A DNA stretch of 64,000 bases, from positions 7,318,001 through 7,382,000 of the forward strand of contig CM052818.1 in the NCBI GenBank assembly GCA_028534125.1, in the 5' to 3' direction. The notes under the pieces were generated by a model. That model was given only the letters and a program-made list of their open reading frames with translations. It was not told the origin of the DNA and made no database searches. Each line of letters starts with the position of its first letter. Position 1 is the stretch's first letter. Of the stretch, positions 1-13,272 are shown piece after piece. Source of the DNA: Lama glama. Lineage: Eukaryota. A program made the translations under genes and the position numbers.

Positions 1-3000
1 CAGGAATTTCCACTAAATTCAAAGCATTTTTTTCTCCTTTCTCACTGTTCTCTGAGTTTGTTTTCTTTAAGACCATACAGTGTGATTTCTGATGTTTGAA
101 GCAGCAAACACCAGCTCTGTTATCTTCCTTCTACAGTGGTTTAGAAGTGAATAAATAAAAGTTCTGATAATTCATAAAGCTAAAACTCAGGGAGGACTTC
201 TGTTTTTCCATAGTGCACAAAAGAATAATCTGAACTGAGAAACTGGCTCTAGACAGTGGCAATCGCACTGCAGCCCTGGGTGATTTGCAGAGTAACTGTC
301 AGCGTATCCCTGAAGTAGTCCCCCTCCCTATGGTATGGCCTCTCTCTAGCCCTTTCTGTTCTCCTGCCCGTCCTCCTGCCAAACCTGCCTCCTCCCAGCC
401 TCTCTGAGCCAGAACCGGCTCTGGTTCTCCACCACCTCCACCTCCAGATCCTCTCAAGTGTGTGTATATTCAACCCAGTCCAGCAAGGTGAACCTCTGGC
501 TCTCTCCAAGCAGACCACCTGCTGTTCTTCAAGCTTACCCCTGGGGCCTCAAGACATCTATAAACTACTATTTTGTCTTATTTATTTTACAAAGATGGAA
601 GCATTTGACTCCAAACATAGTTTGGAGCAAATCACTTTTTTTTTTAATTCAGCAATTTATTGTGGACATTTCCTCCACTAATTTACACATGACACTTTCT
701 ATGGCTGTATCGTACTTCATAGGATGCTGATTATAATTTGTTTTAACCAGTTTCCATGATGATTAGCATTAAGGTGTCTCTACTGTGTTTTGCCCTGACA
801 AATAATTCTGTGATTTCTTGATGGATTTGTCTAGGGAGTTGGGTAGAAAGCGGAAGAAAAGACAGGTAGTAATTTGGAACATGTCAAAGAGGGGCAGCCT
901 GGTTGTGGATATTCTGGTAACTTCAGAAAGCACCTCCAGAGCACAACTGGATGCCTCAAAAATTGGGTGAGAGTAAAGGAGGAAGGCAGTGGAGAGGGCA
1001 GCAGGGGAGCTGGGACAATGCAGGACCCATCATCAAGCCTTGCTCTTCCCACCGTCTCACTCCTTTTTAGGCAACCAGTAATTTCTGTCAACTACCAACA
1101 TAGTATTAGAGAGGTCCAATGTTAACTCATCTTCTCCCTCCTAATGCTTTACCAACTGGCCCTTCTATGCCTTAGTTCAGGAAGGTGGGCTGAGATCAAT
1201 CTGAGGAAGGTCCTTAATTCCACACCAAGGTGTCTACAGCAGTCGGGAGGCTGTAAGTGAACTTAGAGTTCTTCAGTTCTCAGCTCAGAAGTTTGTGTTG
1301 CAAACACTCAAGTGTTCTTAAGAGATAAACAGCACAATTAAAGAATAGCCAGCCTTGGGAAAGAACACAGTACATCATCTGTCTGGTTGTGCTTCAACTC
1401 AGTTGTTTACCTCTATCTCCCCGGGGTAGCCCCATTCCATTCATTTAGCTCCTTATTCTTTGTACTCTTTAACTGTCCATAACTATGTCCCCAGAGCCTC
1501 CCTCCTCCTCATAGCCCTGCCAGTTCCTTCTTTTTTTTTTTTTTAACCACTGGTGGATTCATAATAATTATAACAGATATGATCGGTATGTACTAAACTA
1601 CATGTCTAACTGCAATCTAACACCAGCTCCCAAATAACAAAATGTTGCAGATGCTAAATATGGTAGAGTATTATCTGAGCCTCTTAATTTAGTTAATTCA
1701 AAATCCTGTGCAGGGATGACCATGCAGGGAGGCTTTTTATTCCCTTTCCCTCTATCATTGCTCACCTGTTGGTCAAAGCATGGATGGCTCTGCTTCCCAA
1801 ACTTCCTCCAAGCCCTACTCTGTTCTTGGAGTCCACTTTGGGCAACCTGCCACCAGGCTTCCGGTTGATCTGGGGCTTCACAGGCTGCATCACTCTGGCT
1901 TAGTTCTTGGAAACAAGTAAAGGCAGTTCTCTTTGCTGCTTTGCACAGGCTACCATTTGCTGGAAGCTTGAGCCCATGGAGAAGCCCTTTAGGACTTGGA
2001 AGAAGGTTTTGTCATCATTTGGTACCTCACTTCTGGCATCAGTCCCTTACATCGCTCTCCTTGCCAAACTTTTCCTACCCCTCTCTGGAGAACTATCTTC
2101 TCCCCTTCCAGGGCTTTGAACCTTCATTTCCCCAGGAAATGATTTTCTCAGCCTCTCCGCAAAAGCCCAGGAGGAAAGGAAATGGCCTTTCTTTCACAAT
2201 TGGCCACAGTGTGGTATGGGACACAGTGGGAGTGGGAGTAAATGTTCTCCATAGTTGACATAAATGCATCTTCCAACAAAAACCAGCAGTTGCTGTCACT
2301 AGAACTGGTAGAAAGCTTACTTTGTTTGGAATGAGCAATGATGGGATTATCAGAAAGTTAGCATGTCAAGGAGTGACTTAGAGTACCTCACTGGGTGAGG
2401 AAGTGAAGATCCATTTATTTTACTCTTGGTGTGTATGAATGGGTATTTGTGTGTGTGTGTGAGAGAGATTTCCTTCCTTTGTAAAGGAGCTAGTTTCTGA
2501 AATTGCGAGGGCTGGGCTCCAAGGGGATAATTAGGATTTTAACAGCTTACTATGAGTGGAAAATTCCACTTCTCTAAGTATTGAGACGTGCATGCTAATA
2601 GTTATCCCAGCCTTAGTTAGTCTGCCAAAGATTTCTATCAGACTTAGACATTCAGATAGATGTTCCAACAAGCACTTCAATAGGCAGAAACCTGTAAAGA
2701 CTTTTCTGGAGGAAATCAATCTGTAGCCAATGCATTATCCAGACATGTTTGTTTTCCAGAGTCATAAGTCATTTTGTTGTTAGAGGAGCATTTTTATTCC
2801 TCTTGATTTTCTATTGAATTCTTCAAGGCAGCTAGCTGTTCCAAATCCTTTTCACTCTTCTCAAAGAAATTCTCACCCCTCCACCCCACATGACCTCCAC
2901 ACCTCATTTACTGAGGAGGTCAAGGCTTCTGCTCTCCTCTCTAGGGTCTCAATTTTGTCCGCATTATCATCCATCCTTTATTTTTCCTTCCTTCTTTCTA

Positions 3001-4308
3001 CCTACTTCCAGAGAAGCCATATGGTATCCTTGTTCCCAATGCTAACCTTTTCTGGAGTTCTTGATTTTACCAGTAATTCTCCACCTCCACCTCCATTGAC
3101 TACTATCTCCCTCCTTCTGGCATCTTCAAATTCCCATTCTCCTCTAGCTCCCTGAAAATGTACCCTAAGGTCTTGACTGCAGAATCCTATATAGCACGAC
3201 TATTATTCCATATCAGAATCTAACCTGTCTTTTTGGAAAGTGTAGGCTCTAGTCGATTCACATCACATTTTTTGTTAAAATGGGCCCCTCATAAGTTATC
3301 AATGATCTGCTTAACCACTACATCCAACAATTTCTGTAATTCTTGACACTCCTGACTGTGGGCCATGCTTAGAAAAGGGGGACAGTGGAGATTAGCGAGT
3401 GAGGAGGAGATAAATGAAATTCCAGAAGGGAAATACAATTTTGCAAGCAGTCATTGAAGAGATAAAGCTGAGTGAAACACACCAGGCCCTTTGGCTTTGT
3501 TCTTTCTTTGAAGGGTGGGGGGAACAGAGTTGGCTTCCAGGTCCCACTGTCAGAGCCAGGACAGCATGTCCTGTGCATCCTGGTGGGCTTGGATGCAACA
3601 CTGCCTGGGCAGAGGAATGGCCATGTGGCTTTTGTTTTGGGATTTTAAACAGACACCCCAGAGCCCACAAGGAGGTTCCCTTACTTCATGGACTTAGGCA
3701 TATCGATAATGCTCACCCCAATTTTTTCTAAACTAAAGAACCCAAGTTACTCCAAATCCAAGACCATATCCAGGAGTGGAAGATAAGTTAGATATTCTCT
3801 CTTTCTTCAGATTCTTACCATGGTTTCCATAACACTGTGCGATTCCTCCCTCTCACCTTTCTTTCTCTCTGGCTTGTCTGTGGCATGTGCTGCAAAAGTC
3901 AAAACACCCTAAGGTTCCCACAAGTTGAAATGGCAGAGTGACAAGATGGAAATAACCTGGATCCTGGAATCACTTCGTGAAGGACAGATGTCTGGAAGAA
4001 TCACTCCACCTCTCCTGGATTTTGTGTGAACAAGAAATAAGTCTTCTGTTAAATTGAGCCACTGAGCTGTCGAGGTTTTACCTATGACTGTAGTCTGGCC
4101 TCTGTAGCTACAAGGCCTTAAATGCCTGCAGGGGTGTGGCCAGCAGGCAATTGAAATGAATGAGGAGGCAGAGAGCCTGACCAGAAGGGACAGGGGTGGG
4201 GAGGGGACTATGCTGAGCTGGAGAGCTTGTTCCATTATAGGAGAAGAGCTATTCAGAACTAGCTTATCTTCTTATGGGATAATTTGGGGCCAGCATTGCC
4301 AGGTCTTA

Positions 4309-4856
4309 TTTTTTTTTTTAATTGAAGTATAGTCTGTTTACAGTGTTGTGTTAATTTCTGGTGTACAGCATAATGATTCAGTTATACACACATATAATAT
4401 TCCTTTTCATATTTTCAATAGGCTATTACAAGGTATTGAATATAGTTTCCTGTGCTATACAGTGGGACCTTGTTGTTTTTCTCTCTCATTTACAGTAGTC
4501 AGTACCTACAAATCCTGAACTCCCAATTTATCCCTCCACTAGCCTTTCTCCCTGGTAACCATAAGTTTGTTTTCTATGTCTGTGAGTCTATTTCTGTTTT
4601 GTAAACAAGTTCATTTGTGTCATTTTTTAGATTCCATATCTAAGTTGTATCATATGGTATTTTTCTTTCTCTTTCTGGCTTATTTCATTTAGTATGACAA
4701 TCTCCAGGTCCATCTGTGTTGCTGCAAATGGCATTATTTTATTCCTTTATATATATGGCTGAGTAGTATTCCATTATATGTATACCACAACCTCTTTTTC
4801 AATTATCTGTCGAAAGACATTTAGGTTGCTTCCATGTCTTGGCTGTTGTAAATAGT
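4309..4856 (-). mobile_element. L1 3' end, 5'-truncated
   Basis: polyT + attgaagtatagtc... L1 3'UTR; diverged TSD cagcattgccaggtctta (4291-4308) / cagtatggccacctctta (4857-4874). Confidence 0.85.
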
Positions 4857-4984
4857 CAGTATGGCCACCTCTTAATTGAGTTTTTTTTTTCAGGAAAAGC
4901 TGGGACTCTGAATATGGATGTGAAATCTCCCAAGTTTTTAGCTGTTGGAAGTTCATATGGATTAAAAAACAAAAAAACCAGACA

Positions 4985-5422
4985 TCCTTGCTGTTTCCTA
5001 AACATCATAGGTATGTTTCTGCCTCAAGGTTTTTGCACTTGCTGATCCTTCTGCTTGGAATGTTCTTTCTCTAGACACTTACAAGGCTATTTCTTCTTCT
5101 CCTCATGACTTTGCCCACATGTTACCTTCTCAGCAAAGCCTTTCCTGACCACCCTCTTTAAAACCACAGTTCCCTCTCCCTCCCACCTTATACTCTCTCC
5201 CCCTTCCTTTTTCCCCCCTTCTCCATACTATTTACTACCTTCTAAATAAATAACAATTTAAAAAACTTATTGATCTGTCTATTTCCTACCAATATAATCA
5301 AAGTATACTAGGGCAAGGATTTTTTTTTTTTGTCCTGTTTTGGTCACTTTTGTATGCTGAGTGCCTAGAATTATACCTAGCACACAGAAAGTGCTCAACA
5401 TTTATTTGTTCAGTAAATGAAT
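4985..5422 (+). mobile_element. L2 3' fragment
   Basis: Typical L2 3' motifs ending gtgctcaacatttatttgttcagtaaatgaat. Confidence 0.7.
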
Positions 5423-6849
5423 TTTTAAAACATCCCAATACGTAGGTCAGACGTAGCACAGCAGGAGATCTGATTTAGTTCGTGGGTCATGAGTTTACAA
5501 CTTCTGTTTTAGACCCTTACTGAGCAGTCTTTGGAGAAAAGTGCCACTGAGAGTTGCAGGCAGTTTCCTGCCTCTCACAAAGCAGGTATTTGCTGTATCG
5601 TGTTCTGGGAAATGGATGACAATGAGTTTTTAAGAACTGTCTTATGAATTCCAGAGAGCCTCAGGCCTGCCTGTATCTTCACAGGATACCATGACAGAAG
5701 TCTACGTCTCACCTTGTCTCTGCTATAAATCCTGGAATTGTTCACACCCACATTTCCGTCCCAGTCCCGGCGTGTGGACCAGTCCTGGTCCCCACAGCTA
5801 CACCAGCCAATACGCTCCCTTTTGCTTATTAAGTTGGTTTGACTTGGGTTTCTGTCATGGTGAATGGAAGCGTCCTGACGAGTTTGATGTGACTCTGGGC
5901 AAGCTGCTTCATGTGTCTGAGTCTCTGCTTCCTCACTTAGAAAAAGGAGGGAGTCAGATGAGATGAGCAGTAAAGCCCTTTCCAGGATTTTAACATTTCA
6001 GCACTCTTAACACATTTAAGGCCACTGACCTATGGAGCCCAGACATTTTTGACTGTGGGCAAACTTGGTTCCCTGGACCCACACGCCACTCTCTGCCCTG
6101 ATCACCACCAGCCCCTCTGGCTCACAGTGTCCACTGCTCGCACCTCCGCTGGGGGTTGCTGGTTCTGGTCACATGTGCAGGACCTGCTCCTGTTGGCAAA
6201 GCCACATGTATCTCTTTTCTAGTATCTCCAGATATGTCCTCCAACTTGATCCTTGTTGGCACACTTTTCTTCTTTCTAAGCCCAACTCCTATTTGTTTTT
6301 CCCCTCTCTTGTTCCAACACCTCACCAAAGTCATAGCTACTCAATCGGAAGCACTAAAACATGTTTAGAACTTCCATGCCAGGACCCTATTGTGTGTCTA
6401 GCTTGTGCTTGCTTTCTCTGCCTCCTTCCATTTTCCTCTGGGATGGGTAGGAACCTTACTTTATCAATGCAGGTTAGAGAGCTACATTATTTTCTTTAAA
6501 TCATCATAGAGTCTAACTCTGAGTCGCCATTTGGCAGGGCTGGAGGGAAATTCAGTCTTAGTCCTTATTAGGGATTCCTCCCCTCATCCCAGATTCAGAA
6601 AAAGGTCTTGGGGCTCTTATCCAGAGCGAAATACTTGGAGGGGCCCCCGAGTCCAGCGCAGGCTGGCTGCTGTGGGTAAGCTCGCCGTTCTAGACCACGC
6701 GGCGACCTGGTATCCGGTAGCCGCTGGGCTACCCTTGGGCATGAAACTAGCAACAACAACAACAACAACAAATGTTTATAGACTGTTACTAAAGCACCAG
6801 GGACTCAGTAGTGCTTTACATAAATAAATTTCTTATGAGCCAACTAATC

Positions 6850-7185
6850 TTTGGTCTAGAATCTACTTTTCCCTGATAACTCATAGGTCTCCCTCATCTT
6901 CTTTAAGTCTTTGCCAAACATTACCTTCTCAGTGAGGCCCAACCTGACTACCTGCATCAGCGCCTCCTCCCGCGCACTCGCCACCCCTCCTCCCTGTTCT
7001 ACTTTTGTCCCCTAGCACTTACCTTCTACGACTCTAGGCTCCACGATTTACATACTGATAGTGTGTCCTGTCTGCCTCCCCCCACCAGGATGTAAGCTCC
7101 GCAAGGGTAGGGTCTTTGTTTACTTCTATCTCTCAAGCCTCTAAAACACCACCTGGCATATAGCTCAATACATGCTTTTGAAATA
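6850..7185 (+). mobile_element. L2 3' fragment
   Basis: ttaccttctcagtgaggccc...atgtaagctcc...cctggcatatagctcaata. Confidence 0.65.
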
Positions 7186-7194
7186 TGTAAAGAA

Positions 7195-7320
7195 TTTTCA
7201 CTTTTACAGATGTGGAAACTGAGGCAGGCAAAGGGAACTAACTATCCCACGGTACATAGCTAGCAAGTGGCGGCGCTTGAGTTTAAACTCAGGCCCTCTG
7301 ATTTCTTTTAAGCACTGCAC
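7195..7320 (-). mobile_element. MIR
   Basis: ttttacagatgtggaaactgaggc MIR core. Confidence 0.65.
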
Positions 7321-7969
7321 TCTCCTCTCAAGAACTGGGGATCCCCAGACCTACATCTAGCCTCCCCCAGGTGCATCACTTCTCCCAGAGGCATGCTGTC
7401 TCCCCCCAGAGGCACTGAGAGAGCAGAGAGTGTGCGTCCCAGTCCTCAATGAACCCGTGAATCTGCCTCCTCCTCCAGCTTACCCCCATCCCTTCCCTAA
7501 ACACTGCCTGCTTCCAGAGTAACATAATATCCTCAGTGAGATTAAACTTTCATTTAGGCCAGGAAGAGTTTATCTTTTAGAAACACCAGCTTTCCACTTA
7601 GCAAGTACTTCTGAGGGTAAGAAATACAAGGACTGGCCACTTTCTTGGAATGAGGAAGTGGGATATCTAGAAAACAAGACAGAATTAGCTTTGCATGTGA
7701 GAATGTGGGTGTGTGATGAAAAAGCCTTTTCTGCCCTGAACCCCTCTTCCCACACCTCTGCAAGACCCTCTCCTTGTCTTAATTCTAGTTCCGAAGTCCG
7801 GCCATGCTACACATACCTGCTGAAGCCCCTCCGAATGGAACAGGCTTGTGCAAAGCTCACCTCCCAAGGGGGCTGGAGGGAGCAGAGCGCCCACTGCAAG
7901 TGTTATGTTGCAAGTGCAACACAACAAGCGGAGAGGAATAGGAGGATCCTCTGTGGCTAAGTGCATGGA

Positions 7970-8036
7970 GAGCCTCTACATTTGTTCCTTAGGCTCTTAG
8001 GCCCAAGCAAGGCATCCCTCAGTCCCTCTGTTCTTA
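7970..8036 (+). repeat. Dispersed duplication, copy A (67 bp)
   Basis: 61/67 identical to 10042-10108. Confidence 0.9.
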
Positions 8037-9216
8037 AATTTTAAAAAAATCATCCATTACTGGATGATTCCCCCCAGAGCTTCCTCAGTACTTTCAGCTG
8101 CAGATTTCAATTGAAGCCTCCTGCAAAAATGACTCCTTCACCTTTGGTGAGGATAGCTTTTCCTTTGTAGAAAGTCGCCTCCGCTGCCCAACCCGCCCAC
8201 TGGGGAAAGGATCGAAGAGTGTTTGTGATGATGTTTTGAAACAAATGAGCCCTGGACCCATTGCAACATAGCATGCGGAGGGGTAGAGGAGGGCCGTCTC
8301 TGGCTGAGTGCAGGCCTAGAAAAGGGGCTGACCGTTTTTCCCGTCTTGAGAGAAAGCTGTCTTCAAGGTATAACCTCCCCTTGGGGACCCAAGCCCTCTG
8401 ATGATGTTAACAAGCATACTCGTACTAATAAAGATGTTATTCTTTGCTCCTTTTTTCCTCCCCTCACCTCTCTCCTAGAAAATCAATGCTCGTGAACATT
8501 GTGAGGAGGGGGAGGCTGAGCATCCTCTTAATTCCAGCCTGCCAGCAAGACCCTGGCGCTTATCTGCAAAGACATCTGTGCAGTGTGACCAGGCTGAGCG
8601 GGAGGCATTTCCATCCTTGAATCCTTCCTGTCTTTCTAGTGACTTCCTCTCTTTCTGTGATTGACAAGCAGTTTTAGATGCTGGAGACTGACGAAAAACA
8701 AAAACAAATCCTGTCGTGATCCTTTCACAGCTGGGCCCTTCCTGTTCCATCTCTGAATGAGTGGCCGGCAGGACCAGCGCAATCCAAAAGAGAAGGCTGA
8801 AAGGAACATTGCCCCGAGGAAAGGAAGACAAGGTGGGGGGTCGAGAGCCTGTCCTGTGGGCCCAGAGCTCCTAGCACCCCAGGCACGGGTGTGGGGGAAG
8901 CAGACCCGCACAAGAGGCTGGCCAGAGCCCTTAAACCGGGAGCGGGTAGGTCTGAGGAACCCCGGGAGGGACACTTTTACTAGCCACCCTTTTCCTCTCA
9001 TACAAGGTGGGAGGTTTGAAGGAGAAGTCCCTGACAGGATTGCCTTGGGCAAATCACATATCCTTGCACCTAATTGTTCTCATTTGTAAAGGGGTGTGCA
9101 GTAGGTACCTCTAAAACGCTGTGGTTCTGAGGCTGATATGAGGCAGGAGGGGCCAAGTGTCATGAAACCAAGCTATCAAGTAGGGCTCCCAGAGGTGGCC
9201 GCACCGCTCTCTCTGG

Positions 9217-9390
9217 ACCAGTGCATCAGAAACCCCCGGAGGGCTTGTTAAATCAGACTGCTGGCCCCACCCCCTTTCAGTAGGACTTTCGGTAGGACTA
9301 GGGTGGGGCCAGAGAATTTATCTTTCTAACAAGTTCCCAGGTGCTGACGCTGTCCTAGTCTGGGGATCACGCGTTGAGCATCACCGCTCT
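9217..9390. mobile_element. MER5-like DNA transposon (hAT-Charlie)
   Basis: gcatcagaaacccccggagggcttgttaaatcagactgctggcccc...tttctaacaagttcccaggtg. Confidence 0.7.
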
Positions 9391-10014
9391 CGTCCTCCTC
9401 CGCCCAGTGGGAGGAGCCCTCTGAGAGGAAGATCACCTGGTGGAGCGCAGCCTTCAGGATGCGCACCTTTCCCTCCAACCTGTAGGGGGCAGTCTGGTTC
9501 TGCCTCAGCCTGGAGGAAGGACAGGGATAACTGCAGACTTAACTCCTAATAAAAATACTCCCGTTTCTTGAAAATCCTAAATACATGCTAAGGTTACCTC
9601 ACCCGCCTGGGTCTGGGCGCTTGGCAGGGGAGCCCCTTTAGTCTGGGTGTTCCCAGCCTGGGCTGGCTAGTGCTTTGCTACCGAAAGAGGGCAGCTCTGG
9701 TAATGCTGGACTCCCGGTGCAGGGAGTGTGTTTCGTTCGCCTTAATGCTCCCACTGCTAGCAAAGTGCTGGCTCAGCGTCAGGGCCCAGGAAGCGTTCTC
9801 CAGACCTACAAATTAAGACCCTGAATATTCGTGCAAGAGCTAGTGAAAGAAAAGGGCAAAAAGTGATGGAGTGAGTTTTAAACATGGTCAGTCTACCAGG
9901 GGCACTGACCGTTGTTTCTCAGAAAGCAAGAGTATCTTCTGAAGCTGGGTGATTCTCGCCTGTGAAACTGCAGAGGGCTTCCCGAAGACTAAAGCGTTCT
10001 GACGGGCACAGGGC

Positions 10015-10045
10015 TGCAGGAGCAAAACTAGCCAGCAGGGGGAGC
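10015..10045 (+). promoter_or_regulatory. Candidate CTCF site with upstream module
   Basis: Core CCAGCAGGGGGAGC (10032-10045) with TGCAG 12 nt upstream. Confidence 0.6.
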
Positions 10046-10108
10046 CTCTACATTTGCTCCTTGGGCGCTCAGCCCCAAGCAAGGCATCCCTCAGTCCCTA
10101 TGTTCTTA
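10042..10108 (+). repeat. Dispersed duplication, copy B (67 bp)
   Basis: 61/67 identical to 7970-8036. Confidence 0.9.
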
Positions 10109-10179
10109 CAAAAAATAAAATAAAAATCCAATAATATTGCAAGATGCCTCAGACTTTTATTTAAAACAAGGTAAGAATA

Positions 10180-10384
10180 CTACCTACTATATATAAAATA
10201 GATAAACAATAAGTTTGTACTGTATAGCACAGGGAACTATATTCAATACCTTGTAGTAATTTATGGTGAAAAAGAATATGAAAACGAATATATGTATGTT
10301 CATGTATGACTGAAGCATTGTGCTGTACGCCAGAAATTGACACATTGTAAACTGACTATACTTCAATAAAAATATATTAAAAAA
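10180..10384 (+). mobile_element. L1 3' end with TSD
   Basis: Ends aaactgactatacttcaataaaa + A tail; TSD aaaacaaggtaagaata (10163-10179) / aaagcaaggtgagaata (10385-10401). Confidence 0.9.
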
Positions 10385-12789
10385 AAAGCAAGGTGAGAAT
10401 AAGTAAGCGATACAAAAAAAAAATTCACAAGCTGAACGAAAGCCTTCTATTTGTGCAGCAAAGACTGCCCCAACAGATAACTCTCCCATGCAGGAAGCTT
10501 GCCCAGTGTGGAAAAGAAGGCCATTCTGGGGACATGGAAGGAGCAGCAGAGGCTCTGAGGTGGACAAAAGGTGTTTGGGGGACAAGAGAGGAGAAGAGGC
10601 TGGTTGGAAAGGATTCCTCTTCCCCCTCCATCCCTCAGGCTATGAGGTCAGATTTGGGTAGAGACTCAAGGCGGGGCCTGAGGACGATCACAACAGTCAG
10701 ATTACCGATCCTAGCGTACACAGTTTTCACTACCTGCAGATTTCTGTCCACCCTCCAGATATTTAGAAGACGGGAAAGTGGTACAGGCAGGGCCCACTAT
10801 CAATAGGAGAGGGCTTCTGGCTGGGTCTCTAAGGGTGGCCCTCGGCTTGGTCTGCCCCATTCACACACTCAAAGTTCCTCTAGTGGCAGGAGTGATCCTA
10901 CCATGGGGCACGATCAGCGTGTAAGACCAGGTGTGGACGTGGGAACGAGCAACCTCACGTGATGCAGCTGGAGGTCAACCCACAACAGACCACTGGAGCC
11001 ACAAATGACCCCCATTAACAATATTATCTGTCCCCTGCACTGGTAACAGGACACATCATTATACGTCACTTTTCACTAAACAGGTTCCTCATACTTTTAA
11101 TCTTCTGTTCTTCAAAATTCTCTTCCTCCTGTGTTGTCAGTCTGCTTTAGTAGTGTCATCATTCACAAAATTACCTAAACAAGAAACTTTCCAGCTATTT
11201 GTTAACTTTCCATCACATTCAGGCAGCCAAGCAATCCTAATTATTCTCTCTCTCTAATCATCTTTATCCTCTCCCCTCTGCAGCTACTAGTTAGGACTCA
11301 TCTGATTGACTACTAGCCTCTGTTTCCTCTGATTCCATCCTTAGCAGATTCTAGGTGCTCTGAAACTCCTATCTGACCATTGAGTTCCCCTGCCTGAAAA
11401 CCACTAGTAGCTCCCTAGGGCCTATAGAGTATGAGGCTGCAATGCTTTTGGGAACCAGGCAGAGTATATAAACAAATAAGTGAATGAATAGAAAGAAACA
11501 GATATGGAAGAGGAATTGGGGGTAAGAGAGTTTCACTGAATCCCTGTCATCTGGGAGGCCACCCACTGTAATCCTGTAAGCCTTTCTATGCCCTGGAGTT
11601 CAATTGCAATCAACACAAGGGAATAAAAATTATATTTGAAATCTTTAATTCCATTATTCATACCAGCCCAGCCAGGCATGCTCTCATTTCCTTCTCTACT
11701 CTCCTTACAGATTCCAAAAGCACTTTGTACTGTTCCCCTAAGACCCACACTAATGAGAAGTGAAGTGCACACAGTCAGCCCCATGTAACACAGCAGATTG
11801 TCCCCTAGAGGGCCTTCCTGTAGTCGGTTGAGTGGGTACAAAATTCTAACAAATATTCCCTGCTAGCCCTGCTCACCTCTAGCTGGAGAAAAGAATGTGA
11901 TCCTAGAAGCAGAGGAATGTTTCCTCTTTCAACACAGGCCCTTGTCTTATCCTCACCTTAGAAAAATACCACTTTTTCTGAACACACACACACACTGCTT
12001 AGCTTCTTATGAAAACTGCTGTTACTGTGCTTTCGTCCTTAACAGCTGCATTTTGGGGGGTGGTTGGCCCTTGCCGCTGCACTTGACAGGAGTTGTCAAG
12101 TAACCACGCGTGTGGGGGTTATTTGCCTTTTACATCTGTGGATGCTGTGACACCGTCTCAGGGATGAGGCGGTGAGAAGCCTGTTTGGTGTTTATGCACC
12201 CGGGCAACCGTCATGTTTACTTACTGTCTCTTTGGTCAGCTTCCAAACCAGCAGCACCGCACCCGTTACCACTGGGATCCATGCTCGTTACTGATGGGTT
12301 GGCCGGCCGGTTGTGAGGAATCATTGCTTTTCACTTGAGCAACTGGTGGTTTCATTGGAGGAGCAGTTTTACAAACACACATCAGAGTTTCGCCTGACAA
12401 AAGTCCTAAATGCCCAAAGAGGCATTGAAACCAAGAGGTGTGTCCTGGCCCCAATCAGACTGTCTACTCCTCTGCTTGAGAGACTGATAAATATTGTGCT
12501 TACCAACCCATCTGGATTTGTTGAGGTCCTAGCATGTGTTTGGCATGGATCTAGGCTTCAGGAACCCAAAGAAATAAGGGACAGCCAGCCAGGAGCGATA
12601 ACTATGTGAACAGGTAAACGGAATGCAGGACCATAGGGCTAGAAAAGCAGGCAGGAGTAAAGTGCTGTGGGAGCACAGAGGAGGTGGAGGGCACCTGGGG
12701 AAGGTTTGTGGAGTGGTTGATAGTTGAGCTGGGTGTAAAAGGCAAGAAGGAACAGTTTCAGAAGAACAGCACATACCAGGTATAGTGCT

Positions 12790-12950
12790 TGGTGCTTTAA
12801 TTGCATTGACTCATTGGCAATGCTCACAACAGCCCTGTGACAAGGGAATTGTTATTACCCCCATTCTGCAGATGAGGAAGCAGAGGCTTATGGAGGTTAA
12901 GTCACTTGCCTAAGGTCACGTACCTAGTAAGTCAAGAAGCTGGGATGTGA
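12790..12950 (-). mobile_element. MIR
   Basis: ccccattctgcagatgaggaagcagaggc...aggttaagtcacttgcctaaggtcac. Confidence 0.75.
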
Positions 12951-13178
12951 GATGTCGCCAGGGACATAGTAAGCGCTCAGTAAACAGCAGGTACTACTAT
13001 TTTATTATTCTAATCATGAAGCCCAGGGCTACTGCCTCTAAAGCCCGTGTCCCTGAGACTGTGTTATCATGGCTCCAGCAGCACGTGAAACAAGCAAATA
13101 TCTGAGTCTTATCCTGGGTCACTGGAGGCACGAATCCTTTCTGGTGGCATTATCAAAGTTCTGAGTTAAAACTTGGAG

Positions 13179-13272
13179 ACGTGTTCATGTATAACTGAAA
13201 AATTGTGCTCTACACTGAAACTTGACACTTGTAAAATGACTATAACTCAATAAAAAAATGTTTAAAAACAAA
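13179..13272 (+). mobile_element. Very short L1 3' end with TSD
   Basis: Perfect TSD aaaacttggag (13168-13178 / 13273-13283); ends aaatgactataactcaataaaa. Confidence 0.85.

Noticed and set aside
7345..9810. Shared 11-mer ccagacctaca (7345-7355, 9800-9810) as an extension of the 67 bp duplication
   Set aside because: Offset (2455) differs from the duplication offset (2072) and the flanks do not align.
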